DNA of 64,000 nucleotides from Malacoraja senta. Taxonomy: Eukaryota. The notes under the pieces were generated by a model. The model worked only from the letters and a program-made list of their open reading frames with translations, was not told the origin of the DNA and did not search any database. How positions within the stretch are numbered: the first letter of the stretch is position 1; each line of letters begins with the position of its first letter. This document shows positions 11,513-26,274 of this stretch, piece by piece. Where the stretch lies: contig CM075996.1 of NCBI GenBank assembly GCA_038087875.1, positions 9,426,001 through 9,490,000 on the forward strand, read 5' to 3'. The position numbers were made by a program, and so were the translations under genes.

Positions 11513-12453
11513 GGGAGTCTATACTCATGACTGCGTAGCCGGTCATAGTGCGAACTCCACCATCAAGTTCGTTGACGACACCACTGTTGTAGGACGTATC
11601 ACCGATGGGGATGAGTCAGAGTATAGAAGAGAGATCGACCGACTGACCAAATGGTGCCAGCACAATAACCTGGCCCTCAACACCAGCAAAACCAAGAAAC
11701 TGATTGTGGACTTTGGAAGGGGTAGGATGTGGACCCACAGTCCCGTTTATATCAACGGGTCGATGGTAGAGCTTCAAATTCCTGGGTGTGCATATTTCTG
11801 AAGATCTCTCCTGGTTCGAGAACACTGATGCAATTATCAAGAACGTACATCAGCGCCTCTACTTCCTGAGAAGATTACGGAGAGTCGGTTTGTCAAGGAG
11901 GACTCTCTCTAACTTCTACAGGTGCACAGTAGAGAGCATGCTGACCGGTTGCATCGTGGCTTGGTTCGGCAACTTGAGCGCCCAGGAGCGGAAAAGACTG
12001 CAAAAAGTAGTAAACACTGCCCAGTCCATCATCGGCTCTGACCTCCCTGCCATCGAGGAGATCTATCGCAGTCGCTGCCTCAAAAAGGCTGGCAGTATCA
12101 TCAAGGACCCACACCATCCTGGCCACACACTCATCTCCCCTCTACCTTCAGGTAGAAGGTATAGGAGCCTGAAGACTGCAATGTCCAGGTTCAGGAATAG
12201 CTACTTCCCCACAGCCATCAGGCTATTGAACTCAACTCAAACAAAACTCTGAACATTAATAGACCATCATCTGTTTATTTGCACTTTATCAGTTTATTTA
12301 TTAATGTGTGTATATATTTATATAATGGTATATGGACACACTGATCTGTTCTGTATTCATGCCTACTATGTTCTGTTGTGCTGAAGCAAAGCAAGAATTT
12401 CATTGTCCTATCAGGGACACATGACAATAAACTCTCTTGAATCTTGAATCTTG
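11513..12453 (+). mobile_element. Rex1-type LINE, 5'-truncated (RT C-terminus)
   Basis: ORFs 11505..11801 and 11788..12252 (KFVDDTTVVG...; LYFLRRLRR...FRNSYFPTAIRLLN), one frameshift; TCTTGAA tail. Confidence 0.9.
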
Positions 12454-13967
12454 GGTGGCAAAGAGGGGGGAGGAGGCAGTGGGAACGGAAGTTCCATTCC
12501 ACCAGCCTGGTCCATGCTTGATAAGGTCAATGCTGCTGTGATCAGGGCCCCTCGCTGCCTGTTCCCAATTGCCGTCCATTCTTCTGGAGACCAACAACTT
12601 ATCTTGGTCTTAATCGCATGTTATATGTGACAGTCCTGCAGGAGAGAATTCCAAGATTTCCCAGCCCCAGTTTTAAATGGTTGACCCCTGATTCTGAAAC
12701 AATGCCATTTTTGAGAAATTCTTACTTGCTGCAGCTTTGAGTTTGAGTTTAGTTCATTGTCACGTGTACCGAGGTACAGTGAAAAGCCTTTGTTGCGTGC
12801 TATCCAGTCAGTGGAAAGACAATACATGATTACAATCGAGCCGTCCACAGTGCACAGATACATGATAAAGGGAAAAACATGAATAACGTTCAGTGCAAGA
12901 TACAGTCCACACAAATAAAAATATCAATACTATTATCAATTAATAATTAGAAATACTCTATATCACGACCATAAAAGTGCAAAACTGAAGTTGGTAGTGC
13001 AACCAAAACACAGTCCATATGGTTGAAGTTAGTGTTGTGCAGTGTGCCATACACTGATATAGTTTCGAGATACAGCTCGGAAATAAACTTCGGCTCAGCA
13101 AGTCCGCACTGACCAGCGATCCCCACATTACACTCAACTACACACACTAGGGACAATTTTTAAAACTTTTATATCAGGCCAATAAACCTTCAAACCTGTC
13201 GGAAAGGATTGCAGATGCTGGTTTAAATCGAAGGTAGACATAAAATGCTGGAGTAACTCAGCGGGACAGGCAGCATCTCTGGAGAGAAGGAATGGGTGAC
13301 GTTTCGGGTCGAGACCCTTCGTTTCATACATCTTTCAGGTCTCCCCTCAACCTCCCAAGCTCCAGAGAAAACAATCCAAGTCTGTCCGTCAGTCTGATGA
13401 AGGGATTTGACCTGAAACGTCACCCATTCCTTCTCTCCAGAGATGCTGCCTGCCCCGCGGAGTTACTCCAGCACTTTGTATTTATCTTTGGTTTAAACCA
13501 GCATCTGCAGTTCCTTCCTACAAAGAACCTCTTCTCCTTGCCCACTTGGTTCCATCTACTCACAGGTCATGGAATCTCCATCAGGAAGTGACTGTCACCA
13601 ATCAGCAGGGGGCAGCATGACGGTGCAGCGCTAGAGTTTCTGCCTTACAGTGCCAGTGATCCGGGTTTGATCCTGACCACGGGTGCTGTCTGTGTGTGGA
13701 GTTTGCACGTTCTCACTGTTGGTTTTCTCCGGGTGCTCCGGTTTGTTACCACCCTCCAAAAATGGACAGGTTTGTAGGTTGAAGAACAGGTTCAAGAACT
13801 GCATCTTCCTTCAACCATCAGACTCTAGAAAGCTCCACCACATTAACCACAACCCAGCTCAGTAACTACAGACTCTGGTTTGGTTGCACTGTGTCTTCAG
13901 TTTGCACTAGTTTTGGGGCTGGTTACCGAGTACTACTCATTAATTTATCACATTATTGCTCATTGTA

Positions 13968-14153
13968 TTTAAGAAGGAACTACAGATGCTGGAAAATCGA
14001 AGGTAGACAAAAATGCTAGAGACACTCCAGAAGGTGAGGCAGCATCTATGGAGCGAAGGAAATAGGCAACGTTTCGGGTCGAAACGTTGCCTATTTCCTT
14101 CGCTCCATAGATGCTACCTCCCACTGAGTATCTCCAGCATTTTTGTCTACCTT
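13968..14153. repeat. Fold-back (palindromic) Penelope pLTR-derived element
   Basis: Arm AAGGTAGACAAAAATGCT...ATAGGCAACGTTTCG followed by its reverse complement; flanked by duplicated TCATTGTAT. Confidence 0.8.
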
Positions 14154-15356
14154 CATTGTATATTTATTTGTGTGTTACCCGCTGGAGTTTAAAAGGAGGG
14201 GGGACCTCATTGAAACTTGTCGAATAATGAAGGGCCTGGAGAGAGTGAATGCGGACAGGATGTTTCCACCAGCGGGAGAATCTAGGTCGAGATGCCACAG
14301 CCTCAGAATAAAAGGACGTACGTACCTTTGGAAAGGAGATGAGAAGGGATTTCTAGTCAGAGGGTGGTGAATCTGTGGAATTCATTGCCACAGATGACTG
14401 TGGAGGCTAGCATTGGGTATTTTTAAGGTGCAGATTGACAGATTCTTGATTAGTGCGGGTGTCAGGGGTTATGAGGAGAAGGCAGGAGAATGGGGTCGAG
14501 AGGGAAAGATGGAAGAGCCATGATTGAATGACGGCGTGGATTCGATGGGCCGAATGGCCTAATTCTTCTCCTATCACTTATGAATGGTGTTAATGGACCT
14601 GTACAGCTGCAGTAAAGTAAGAATTGCATTGCCCTGTTGCTAGTAAACATGACAATGAAGCACTCTCAGCTCGTGACAATGAGGATGCTGCCACAGAACT
14701 AATTGGTTTTCCCATTTGGAATTCCCAGGCACTTCCAAATAAACGTGGACGTTCTCCAAAGCCACAGTAACCATTCGCCAAATCCGAATGGATCCAGCTC
14801 GCTGGTGACTGACTCACTTCACATGGCAGTATTTTACATCATTTTCAATGTTCTCTCATTCACCATGCTATCTAGCGATCTCGACTTACTTAACTATCAT
14901 GGTGTGATCACCAATCTGCATCACACACTGTGTTTGGAGATATTTATGATGGATTTCTTTAGATTTAATTACCGATTTATCACTGTAACATGGAAACATA
15001 GAAAATAGGTGCAGGAGGAGGCCGTTCTGCCCTTCGAGCCAGCACCGCCATTCATTGTGATCATGGCTGATCGTCCCCAATCAATAACCCGTGCCTGCCT
15101 TCTCCCCATATCCCTTGATTCCACCAGCCCCTAGAGCTCTATCTAACTCTCTCTTAAATCCATCCAATGATTTGGCCTCCACTGCCCTCTGTGGCAGGGA
15201 ATTCCACAAATTCACAACTCTCTGGGTGAAAACGTTTTTTCTCAATCATCGTTTCAAAATCCCCTTCCTCATTATCTCCTACACATGGTAATGTATTTCT
15301 GTCTTTTAATACTTACTTCAGTTTTTAAGTTACCTCTTGATGATCTACTGCCCCTT

Positions 15357-15825
15357 CATTTAATTCCTGGGATGGCAGGACTGTCATATGCTGAGAGAAT
15401 GGATCGGCTGGGCTTGTACACTCTGGAGTTTAGAAGGACGAGAGGGAATCTTATGGAAACATATAAGATTTTTAAGGGGTTGGACGCGCTAGAGGCAGGA
15501 AACATGTTCCCGATGTTGGGGGAGTCCAGAACCAGGGGCCACAGTTTAAGAATAAGGGGTATGCCATTTAGAACGGAGATGAGGAAACACTTTTTCTCAC
15601 AGAGAGTTGTGAGTCTGTGAAATTCTCTGTGTCAGAGGGCAGTGGAGGCCAGTTCTCTGGATGCTTTCAAGAGAGAGCTAGATAGGGCTCTTAAAGATAG
15701 CGGAGTCAGGGGATATGGGGAGAAGGCAGGAACGGGGTACTGATTGGGGATGATCAGCCATAATCACATTGAATGGCGGTGCTGGCTCGAAGGGCCGAAT
15801 GGCCTACTGCACCTATTGTCTATTC
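15357..15825 (+). mobile_element. CR1 LINE 3' fragment
   Basis: ORF 15285..15620 (LIPGMAGLSYAERMDRLGLYTLEFRR...) plus 3' UTR. Confidence 0.88.
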
Positions 15826-16570
15826 ATTGTTTTACTAATGTTAGTAAGCAGCATCTCTGGAGTGAAGGAATTGGTGACGTTTCTGGTCGAGACCTTTCTT
15901 CAGTCTTCTGGTTGAGACCCTTCTTCAGTCTCAACCTGAAACGTCACCTATTCCTTTTCTCCAGAGATGCTGCCTGATCCAGAGTTAGTCCAGCTTTTCG
16001 TGTCCAACTGTCACGCTGCTACCCCTCCTCACCTCCTTATACTGCCCATCTCCCCACTACTCTTTCAGTCCTGATACAGAGCCTTGACCCAAAATGTCAA
16101 CTCTCCATTCATTCCCCTCCACAGATGCTGCCTGACCCGCTGGATTCCTGCAGCACTTTGTTCTTTGCCCAGATTCCAGCACCGGTAGTCTCTGGTGTCC
16201 GTATGGAGTTGTGTGCTGGTAATAAATAATAAAGTGGCCAGTGACTAAAATGATAAATTGTTGGGATCAGACAGCATCTCTGGAGAAAAGGAATAGGTGA
16301 CGTTTCGGGTTGAGACTGAATAAAGGTCTCGACCAGAAATGTCACCCATTCCTTCTCCAGAGATGCTGCCTGTCCCGCTGAGTTACTCCAGCTTTCTGTG
16401 TCTGTCTACAGTTTAAACCAGCATGTGCAGTTCCTTCCAACAGATGAGAGTTGGCTGCAGGTGAGGAAGAGTGGATAGAGGCTGGTGGGGCAGAGTTGGG
16501 TGGCGATAACAGCAGAGGCTGGAGCAGCTTAACCTGTAGAGTCTAGGACCAGAGGCCATAGCCTCACAAT

Positions 16571-17552
16571 TATATAACCATATAACCATTACAGCACGGA
16601 AACAGGCCATCTCGGCCCTTCAAGTCCGTGCCGAACACTTCCCCCCCCCCCTTCTTTCTTCCCCCTAGTCCCATCTACCTGCACTCAGACCATAACCCTC
16701 CATTCCTTTCCCGTCCATATACCCATCCAATCTATTTTTAAAGGATAAAATCGAACCTGCCTCCACCACTTCCAATGGAAGCTCATTCCACACAGCTACC
16801 ACTCTCTGAGTAAAGAAGTTCCCCCTAATGTTACCCCTAAACTTCTGTCCCTTAATTCTCAAGTCATGTCCCCTTGTCTGAATCTTCCCTACTCTCAATG
16901 GGAAAAGCTTATCCAAGTCAACTCTGTCTATCCCTCTCATAATTTTAAAGACCTCTATCAAGTCCCCTCTTAACCTTCTGCGCTCCAAAGAATAAAGACC
17001 TATCTTGTTCAACCTTTCTCTGTAACTTAGTTGCTGAAACCAGGCAACATTCTAGTAAATCTCCTCTGTACTCTCTCTATTTTGTTGACATCCTTCCTAT
17101 AATTAGACGACCAAAATTGTACTCCATACTCCAGAATTGGCCTCACCAATGCCTTGTACAATTTTAACATTACATCCCAACTTCTATATTCAATGCTCTG
17201 ATTTATAAAGGCCAGCACACCAAAAGCTTTCTTTACCACCCTATCTACATTAAATTCCACCTTCAGGGAACTATGCACAGTTATTCCTAGATCCCTCTGT
17301 TCAACTGCATTCCTCAATTCGCTACCATTTACCATGTACGTCCTATTTTGATTTGTCCTGCGAGATGTAGCACCTCACATTTATCAGCATTAAACTCCAT
17401 CTGCCATCTTTCAGCCCACTCTTCCAAATGGCCTAAATCTCTCTGTAGACTTTGAAAATCAACTTCATTATCCACAACACCACCTATCTTAGTATCATCT
17501 GCATACTTACTAATCCAATTTTCCACACCATCATCCAGATCATTGATGTACC
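16571..17552 (-). mobile_element. CR1 LINE 3' portion, young family
   Basis: ORFs 17329..17526, 17027..17335 and 16665..17012 (YADDTKIGG...LYKALVRPILEYGVQFWS...); (TATATGGT)n tail; near-identical to 62875-63716. Confidence 0.92.
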
Positions 17553-19434
17553 ATTGATGTAAAGGATGTTCCTTTAGGAAGGAGATAAGGAGGAATTTCT
17601 TCAGTCAGAGGGTGGTGAATCTAGTGGAGGCCAAGTCAATGGATATTTTTGATGCAGAGATAGATAGATTATTGATTAGTATGGATGTCAAGGGTTAGGG
17701 GGGAAGGCAGGAGAATGGGCTTAGGAGAGAGAGATGGATCAGCCATGATTGAATGGCGGAGTAGGCTTGATGGGCCGAATGGCCTAATTCTGCTCCTATC
17801 ACTTATGACCTTATGACCTAAATGAAGGTAACCAGAGGCTGCAGATGATAGAATCTGGTGGAGTGTGACCAAATTATCATTTAATAATAACCAACTTCTT
17901 CATAACAGTGAATTAAATGATCAATTGCAGGCTTCTCCATCAGTCAGTCACATTAGTTATTTGCCACTGATATATTTCTGCAAACCTGCTTATATTTCTG
18001 ATGCTGAATTATTCAACAATTTGTTCCTCACAATTAGCGATTTATTATTTCCTTCTATAAAGCACAAAGCGTTTAAGTTGCAGATTGCCAACATACATCC
18101 CCACACATTCTATGTAATGCATTACTTTCACTTCTGCAGAGTGCAGTGTGGTTTAACGACTATTGACGCTTTTCCATCACACACTGGGTGATCTTTGTAA
18201 TGAATGTGCTTTTAGGCATTTATCACTGATGCACTTCCCATCCCACTGTGATTTTAGTCATTTAATCCCAAATTTTCTGCATAACTCAATGTACCTCATA
18301 TCTTATTTCCCTTTGTTTAGGAAAGAACTGCAGATGCTGGAAAATCGAAGGTAGATAAAAATGCTGGAGAAACTCAGCGGGTGAGGCAGCATCTATGGAG
18401 CAAAGGAAATAGGCAACGTTTCGGGCCTGAAGGTCTGAAGAAGGGTTTTGGCCCAAAACCTTGCCTATTTCCTTCGCTCCATAATTGTTGCCTCACCCGC
18501 TGAGGTTCTCCAGCATTTTTGTCTCCCTTTTTATTTCCCCCTATTTCTTTATGCAGAGGCTCCTCAAATCTACGCTGACATCTTGGAGCAGTCCCATCTT
18601 CATACTTTATTGTAATGTATTACCTTTTTATTCCTCTGAAGCACAACATGCTGCATTAGTTTCGTTTAGTTTAGAGATACAGCGCAGCCCACCAAGTCTG
18701 TGCCGACCAGCGATCCACACACACTAACACTATCCTACTCACACTAGGGACAATTTACACATACACCAAGCCGATTAACCTACAAACCTGCACGTCTTTG
18801 GAGGGTGGGGGAAACCGGGATTCAGGAGAAAACCCACGCAGTCACGGGGAGAACGTACAGACAAGCACCCATACAGACAGCACCCGTAGTCAGGTTCAAA
18901 CCCGGGTCTCTGGTGCTGTGACTCTAATACTGCGCCACCGTACCACCCCAAATAGTACAGTGGATTTAATACATTTAATCTATCTTCATAAATATATCTT
19001 CATTATATCTTCATCTATGCTTTACCTACAACCGAACTACTCCATTAGTGTACAGTAATTTCCTATTGACTTGTTCTACTTAATACATTGCTTTCTATTT
19101 TTATACCATCCTACTTAATTGAATCTTGTCATAACACTGCACAATACATTAGGAAGTATTGTGTAAATACGATAAGAACAGCTTTTGCCCTGCTGTTATC
19201 ATTCTCTTGAATTGACCTGTGAGATGCTAGGGATAAATTTGTCATCTTCCAATCTACCTTGTTGTGGACCTTGCACTTTTTTAATCTTGCATTTTCTCTA
19301 TAGCTGTACATTATATTCTGCACGGTTTATTTTCTCTTTTGCACCAGCTGATCTGCCTGGATCGCATGTGAAGCTTTTTCTCTCCATCTCGGTACACGTG
19401 ACAATAATAGACCAAATACCAGTACTAATCTCTG

Positions 19435-20965
19435 AAATTATCTATCCCTGTTGCTTATTATGCCTCCTGGCATGTAGGGCAGCAACGAAGGTCCTCCATT
19501 CCTGTCTGCTCTGGGCTAGCTTCTGGACACTACCCCAGGTCAGGTCCATTGTGCATTCATCCTAGTATCTGTCGATAGCCCTGGAAGTCTATCACGCCCA
19601 GTACTGTTCATTCCTTCACTTGCTGTTTCCGTAACATATTTGTTTAACGAGACAGGGTTGTTAGCCCTGTGCTCAATCCCCAACCCGGAGGACCAGTGGA
19701 TCGCTCTTTGTCTCGCCTCTACCCTTCGACCTGTCCAGCATGGGAGACCCTAACAGAAGACTTCCTTCTGCAGTTGTACAGAGCCCTAGTGAGACCACAC
19801 CTGGATTATTGTGTGCAGTTTTGATCCCCAAATTTGAGGAAGGACATTCTTGCTATTGAGGGAGTGCAGCGTAGGTTTACAATGTTAATTCCCAGGATGG
19901 CGGGACTGTCATATGCTGAGAGAATGGAGCAGCTGGGCTTGTACACTCTGGAGTTTAGAAGGATGAGAGGGGATCTCATTGAAACATATAAGATTGTTAA
20001 GGGTTTGGACACGTTAGAGGCAGGAAACATGTTCCCGATGTTGGGGGAGGCCAGAATCAGGGGGCCGCAGTTTAAGAATAAGGAGTAAGCCATTTAGAAC
20101 GTAGACGAGGAACACTTTTTCTCACAGAGAGTGGTGAGTCTGTGGAATTCTCTGCCTCAGAGGGCGGTGGAGGCCGGTTCTCTGGATGCTTTCAAGAGAG
20201 AGCTAGATAAGGCTCTTAAAAATAGCAGAGTCAGGGGATATGGGGAGAAGGCAGGAAACAGGGTACTGATTGGGGATGATCGGCCATGATCACATTGAAT
20301 GGGCTGGCTNNNNNNNNNNNNNNNNNNNNNNNNNNNNNNNNNNNNNNNNNNNNNNNNNNNNNNNNNNNNNNNNNNNNNNNNNNNNNNNNNNNNNNNNNNN
20401 NNNNNNNNNNNNNNNNNNNNNNNNNNNNNNNNNNNNNNNNNNNNNNNNNNNNNNNNNNNNNNNNNNNNNNNNNNNNNNNNNNNNNNNNNNNNNNNNNNNN
20501 NNNNNNNNNCATTGAAACATATAAGATGTTAAGGGTTTGGACACGTTAGAGGCAGGAAACATGTTCCCAGATGTTGGGGAGCGCCAGAATCAGGGGCCGC
20601 AGTTTAAGAATAAGGAGTAAGCATTCTAGAACGTACGACGAGGAAACACTTTTCTCTCACAGAGAGTGGTGAGTCTGTGGAATTCTCTGCCTCAGAGGGC
20701 GGTGGAGGCCGGTTCTCTGGATGCTTTCAAGAGAGCTAGATACGGCTCCTTAAAAATAGCACGAGTGGGGATATGGGAGAAGGCAGGAACCAGGGTACTG
20801 ATTGGGATGATCGGCCATGATCACATTGAATGGGCTGGCTCTCGAAGGCTGAATGACCTACTCCTGCACCTACTGTCTATTGAGACTAATCTCCCCGCTG
20901 GCATAGCTTTAGCGGGTCACTGAGACACACAAGCTCCCTGACCACGACAAGGTTGCAACTCCAAC
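19435..20965 (-). mobile_element. RTE-clade (Rex3/Expander/BovB-like) derived short element, interrupted by a plus-strand CR1 fragment (about 19760-20880) that spans the assembly gap
   Basis: Minus strand starts with CCTTGTCGTGGTCAGGGAGCTTGTGTGTCTCAGTGACCC (RTE-type 5' region, 20905-20955) and resumes at 19760-19620 with GGGTCTCCCATGCTGGACAGGTCGAAGGGTAGAGG...; CR1 ORF 19834..20088 lies inside. Confidence 0.6.
20310..20509. other. Assembly gap (200 N)
   Basis: Run of n; sequence at 20510-20850 repeats 19977-20309 with small indels. Confidence 0.98.
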
Positions 20966-23337
20966 GGGGATAATAGACACAAAATGCTGGAGTCTACTCA
21001 GCCGGGACAGACAGCATCTCTGGACGAGAAGGAATGGGTGATGTTTCGGGTCGAGACCCTTCTCAGACTGAAAGTCACGGGAAGGGACACGAGAGATATA
21101 GACGATGATGTCGAGAGAGATAAAGAACAATGAATGAAAGATATACAAAAAAGTAATGATGATAAAGGAAACAGGCCATTGTTGAAATTAACTATCGACC
21201 GATTTCCCTCTGGGGATAAATGGGACAGCCGAGTGGAGTGGAGTCTGACTGGTAGATGCTGAAGGGATCAATGATGGGGCCACAGCTATTCACACTATAC
21301 ATGATTGATCCGGATGATCGGAACTGATGTCTAATATTACCAAACAACAATAAGCGGGGTGGGTGTGTGAGCCGTCAATGCCGAGAAGCTCCAGTGTGAT
21401 GGGGGCGGAGTGGAAAGGTGAGTGGCAGAAAGGTGGACAAATGTGATGTTAGCCATTTTGGTAAAAACATGATGGTAGATTATTATCTGAATAATAGAAA
21501 TATAGAAAATAGGTGCGGGAGTAGGCCATTCAGCCCTTCGAGCCAGCACCGCCATTCAATATAATCGTGGCTGATCATCCAAAATCAGTAACCCGTCCCT
21601 GCGTTCTCCCCATATCCCTTGATTCCATTAGTCCTAAGAGCTAAATCTAACTCACTCTTGTAAACATCCAAAACCCGAAACATTTAAAAAAATAGAGATT
21701 AGGACAGTGGGGGGTGGGGGGGGGGGGGGGGGTGGAGATGGGCACGAAATGAGACCCAGGGTCCCAACCCGAAACGTCACCTATTCCTTTTCTCCAGAGA
21801 TGCTGCCTGACCTGCTGAGTTACTCCAGCTTGTTGTGTCTATTTGAGTTTAAGAGCAGGATTGTGATGCTGTAATCGCACCTCGAGTATCGTGTGCAGTT
21901 GCGTGCTCTGTATTTGAGGAGGGATCGTCTTGCTGTGCAGGGAATTCAGCAAAGGGTGTTCAGGACTTACTTTTTAAAAATTGTCGGAGATTGTTGATGT
22001 TTATAGCTACTAGAGTTTAGAAGAAGAAGAGGACATTCACCGAAGCCTTCAAACTTCTAGCAGGAATAGACAGCCTAGAAGCAGGAAGGATAACCGTAGC
22101 CAGAAGTCCGGGATCAGGGATCACTGTCTGAGGTGAGGGGAAGCCACATCGAACTGAGATGAGGACATACTTCATCCCCAAGAGAGAGGTGGACCTTTGA
22201 AACACTCCACCACTGAAAGCAATTGAAGCCAATACATTAAATATATTCAAGAAAATTGAAATGGTTTCTAAAGGTTAACGTATAGGCATAGGTAGACAGT
22301 CGGAAACCCTTTTCACAAGATGGAAATATCATACACTAGAGGGCATAGCTGTAAGGTGAGAGTGGCAATGTTTAAAATGTGCTTAAACGTTGCAAAGGTC
22401 CCTCACTGGCAATTGTCTCTTGAGTCCGACTCAGTCTCCATTCATCGTCCAATTCCAGGTTAAATATCCTGCTTCTTAAAACGAGGAGGGTTGTTGAAGG
22501 AGCAAGTCTGTATTACACATGTTTGAAGTTACTCTCCTCCTGACAGTGCAGCAGTGCAGAGTGTTCTGAATCATTTATGACTAACCTATTTCTGTATAAC
22601 ACACTGTGTTTCAGGTTTTCTATTAATAACTTAATTCCACCACATTTCTCTCAGTATTGAGAACAGTCTTGCTTCTGTAGAACGCAACACAGCGACAGTA
22701 AAACGTTGATATTCCGTTATCCAACTCCTCAACATCTGGCCAACTACTAATTTCCAGGCTCTCATTAATACATCGGGCCCCCATTTCTAGTGTTCTCGTT
22801 AACACACTAGGCTCTCATCTCCTGCGTTACTTTAATACAATGAGGCTTCATTTCGCGTGCTCCCATTAAACTCGCCTTTGTCGTGATCAATTCAGATACA
22901 GTTTAGTTTGTCACGTGTACCGAAGTACAGTGAAAAGCTTTTGTTGCGTGCTATATAGTCAGCGGAAGACAATGATTATAATCGAGCCATTTATAGTGTA
23001 TAGATTCATGATAAGGAAATAATGTTTAGCGCAAGGTAAAGCCAGGACAGGTGCACCTTCATGTTTACAAAAAAAACCATCTTTCCGCTGACTGGTTAGC
23101 ACGCAACAAAAGTCTTTCACTGTACCTCAGTACACGTGATAATAAACTCAACTCATCGTCTACAACTGATTACCTTGATCCAAGCTGCTGCTATTTGTTT
23201 GTTACTGATGTACAACTTAATCACACACTGTGTTCTCAGGACTTTATTAGAGTCTGAAGAAGGGTCCCGAAATGTCACCCACTCCTCCCCTCCAGGGATG
23301 CTGCCTGTCACGCTGAGTAACTCCAGCACTTTGTGTC

Positions 23338-24163
23338 CAAGTAACTTCAGCAAATTTGCAGATGACACAAAGCTGGGTGGCAGTGTGAACTGTGAGGAGG
23401 ATGCTATGAGAATGCAGGGTGACTTGGACAGGTTGGGTGAGTGGGCAGATGCATGGCAGATGCAGTTTAATGTGGATAAATGTGAGGTTATCCACTTTGG
23501 TAGTAAAGGAAGGAAGATTACTATCTAAATGGTGTCAAGTTGGGAAAAGGGGAAGTACAACGGGATCTAGGGGTCCTTGTTCATCAGTCAATGAAAGTAA
23601 GCATGCAGGTACAGCAGGCAGTGAAGAAAGCGAATGGTATGTTGGCCTTTATAACAAGAGGAGTTGAGTGTAGGAGCAAAGAGGTCCTTCTGCAGTTGTA
23701 TAGGGCCCTAGTGAGACCACACCTGGAGTATTGTGTGCAGTTTTGGTCCCCTAATTTGAAGAAGGACATTCTTGCTATTGAGGGAGTGCAGCGTAGGTTT
23801 ACAAGGTTAATTCTCGGGATGGCGGGACTGTCATCTGCTGAGAGAATGGAGGGCTGGGTTTGTAAACTCTGGAGTTTAGAAGGATGAGAGGGGATCTTAT
23901 TGAAACACATAAGATTATTAAGGGTTTGGACACGCCATTTAGAACGGAGACGAGGAAACACTTTTTCTCACAAAGAGTTGTGAGTGTGGAATTCTGGATA
24001 CTTTCAAGAGAGAGCTAGATAGGGCTCTTAAAAATAGCAGTCAGGGAATATGGGGAGAAGGCAGGAACGGGGTACTGATTGGGGATGATCAGCCATGATC
24101 ACATTGAATGGCGGTGCTGGCTTGAAGGGCTGAATGGCCTACTCCTGCACCTATTGTCTATTG
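23338..24163 (+). mobile_element. CR1 LINE 3' portion (RT C-terminus)
   Basis: SKFADDTKLGGSVNCEED...; ORF 23540..23887 (LYRALVRPHLEYCVQFWSP); CTATTGT tail. Confidence 0.9.
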
Positions 24164-25671
24164 TGTCCTTTATCCAAAGCAGGAAAACCTCACATTTTGT
24201 GCCTTTTTAAAATCATAACAAGGCCACAGGCTGCAATTGTTTTCTTGACGGTACACAAAAATGCTGGAGAAACTCAGCGGGTGCAGCAGCATCTATGGAG
24301 CGAAGGAAATAGGCAACGTTTGGGCCGAAACCCTTCTTCAGACATTGTTTTCTTGACACCAGGTCCTCCCACTCTCTGTAAGTACTGTATGCCACTTGCT
24401 TCCGTCTCTGCCACATCTGTTCCGATGACAACACCTTCAACACAAGACCTTCCGATGAGCCTTCCTCATTCTTGAACCGCTGTTTCCTCTCCAACACAGT
24501 TGAAAGAGCCTTCAGTCACAACTTCCCGCACTGTTGCTCCCTTCCCCTCTCCTCTCAGTTCTGGTTCCCCTTCTCAACATTCCACAGGATCTTGTCTCCA
24601 AAGCAGCAGGACAATGAAGTTTCACTTCAACATACAACATGGAAACAGGCCCTTTGGTCCTCCGAGTCCACGCTGACCAGCGATCTCCCAGTACGCGAGC
24701 ACTATCCTACACACTAGGGACAATTTACAATTTGTACCAAAGCCATATTAACCTACAAGCCTGTTCGTCTTTGGAGTGTGGGAGGAAATCGAAGATCTCG
24801 GAAAAAACCCACACGGTTACAGGGAGAACGTGCAAACTCCGTACAGACAGCACCCGTAGTCAGGATCGAATCCGGGTCTCTGGCGATGGAAGGCAGCAAC
24901 TCTAACCGCTGAACAACTGAACAACAACATGGGAAAGATGTGTAATGAAATGGAGGAAAGAGTAACAGTGAGGAGAGGGTGCTGGAGAGAGGGGTTTTCC
25001 TGAGGGATCATGGACTTAATCCAGACAGCTAGTTATAAGAAATAATGGAAACTTTAAGGGCCTGTCCCATTTAAATCATGAATTATTTTCTTCCGGCTCT
25101 CCGGTTTCCTCCCTCACTCCAAAGTCGTGCATGTTTGTAGGTTAATTGGCTTGGTATAAATGTAAACTGTCCCTGGTGTGTGTAGGGTCGCATTAGTGTG
25201 TGGGGATCGCTGATGGGCATGGACTTGGTGGGCTGAAAGGCCTGTTTCTGCGCTGTATCTCTAAACTAAGCTACATTTCTGCCAGCTACAGCACATCCCA
25301 CCAGCAGTCATGTCTACCTCTCCCCACCTTGTTCTGCCTCCTGCTGGGATCACTCTCGATGAATCCCTGGTTTGCTCACCCCTCCCCATCCCCAGGCACT
25401 TGAGCTCCCACTTGCTAGCCATTTTAATTCCCCGTCCCGTAACCCGCATCACCACGTCCCTCTTTGGCTTCCTGCACTGCCAGGTGTGGAAATGTGAAAA
25501 CGCACACCTCCAGATTCAGGGGCAGATTCTTCCCAGCTGTTATCAGGCAACTGAATCATCCTACCCCAACCAGAGAGCAGTGCTGAACCAATATCTACCT
25601 CATTGGTGACCCTCGGACTATCCTTGATCAGACTGTGCTGGCTTTACCTCGCACTAAACATTATTTCCTGA

Positions 25672-25979
25672 AGGGCCTGTCCCACTGTACGAGGTAATTC
25701 AAGAGCTCTCCCGAGTTTTAAAAAACCCAAACTCGTGGTAAGTACGTAGAATGTACGTAGCGGCTACGTCGGAGCTCATGGATGTCTCGTAGCGGCTCGT
25801 AATGCTAACGGCAGGTAATCGGGAAACGCGGTAACTCGTGAAGTTTTGTCAGCACTGTGAAAAAGGTCCACGAGAGCCCCCCGAGTACCTACGAACGGCT
25901 ACTACCGTACATCTCTGAGTTCGAATCAGGGGAAACTCGGGAGAACTCTTGAATTACCTCGTACAGTGGGACAGGCCCT
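25672..25979. mobile_element. PIF/Harbinger-type MITE (308 bp)
   Basis: Long TIRs AGGGCCTGTCCCACTGTACGAGGTAATTC; flanked by tga / tta (TWA-type 3-bp TSD, one mismatch); interrupts a LINE 3' UTR (attatttcc|tta tcatgtatc). Confidence 0.8.
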
Positions 25980-26274
25980 TTATCATGTATCTATACACTG
26001 TAAATGGCTTGATTGTAATCATGTATTGACTTTCTGCTGACTGATTAGCGCGCAATAAAAGCTTTTCACTGTACATCGGTACATCAAAACTAAACTAAAA
26101 GGTGAGGTCCAGGGGAACAGCAGCACCTATTCTGCCTGGGTGGTCTACAACCCAACTGTATGAACATTGAAATCTCCAATTTCAGGTAACCTGCAACACC
26201 TCTGTGCCTCTCTCTCTCCTTCTGATCTACCCAAGACCTCTAGGGGGCAGCACAGAGGCGCAGTGGTAGAGTTA

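Noticed and set aside
19977..20850. Apparent tandem duplication of a CR1 3' segment across the N gap
   Set aside because: The copy right of the gap repeats the left flank with scattered 1-2 nt indels typical of unpolished contig ends; most likely an unmerged overlap rather than biology.
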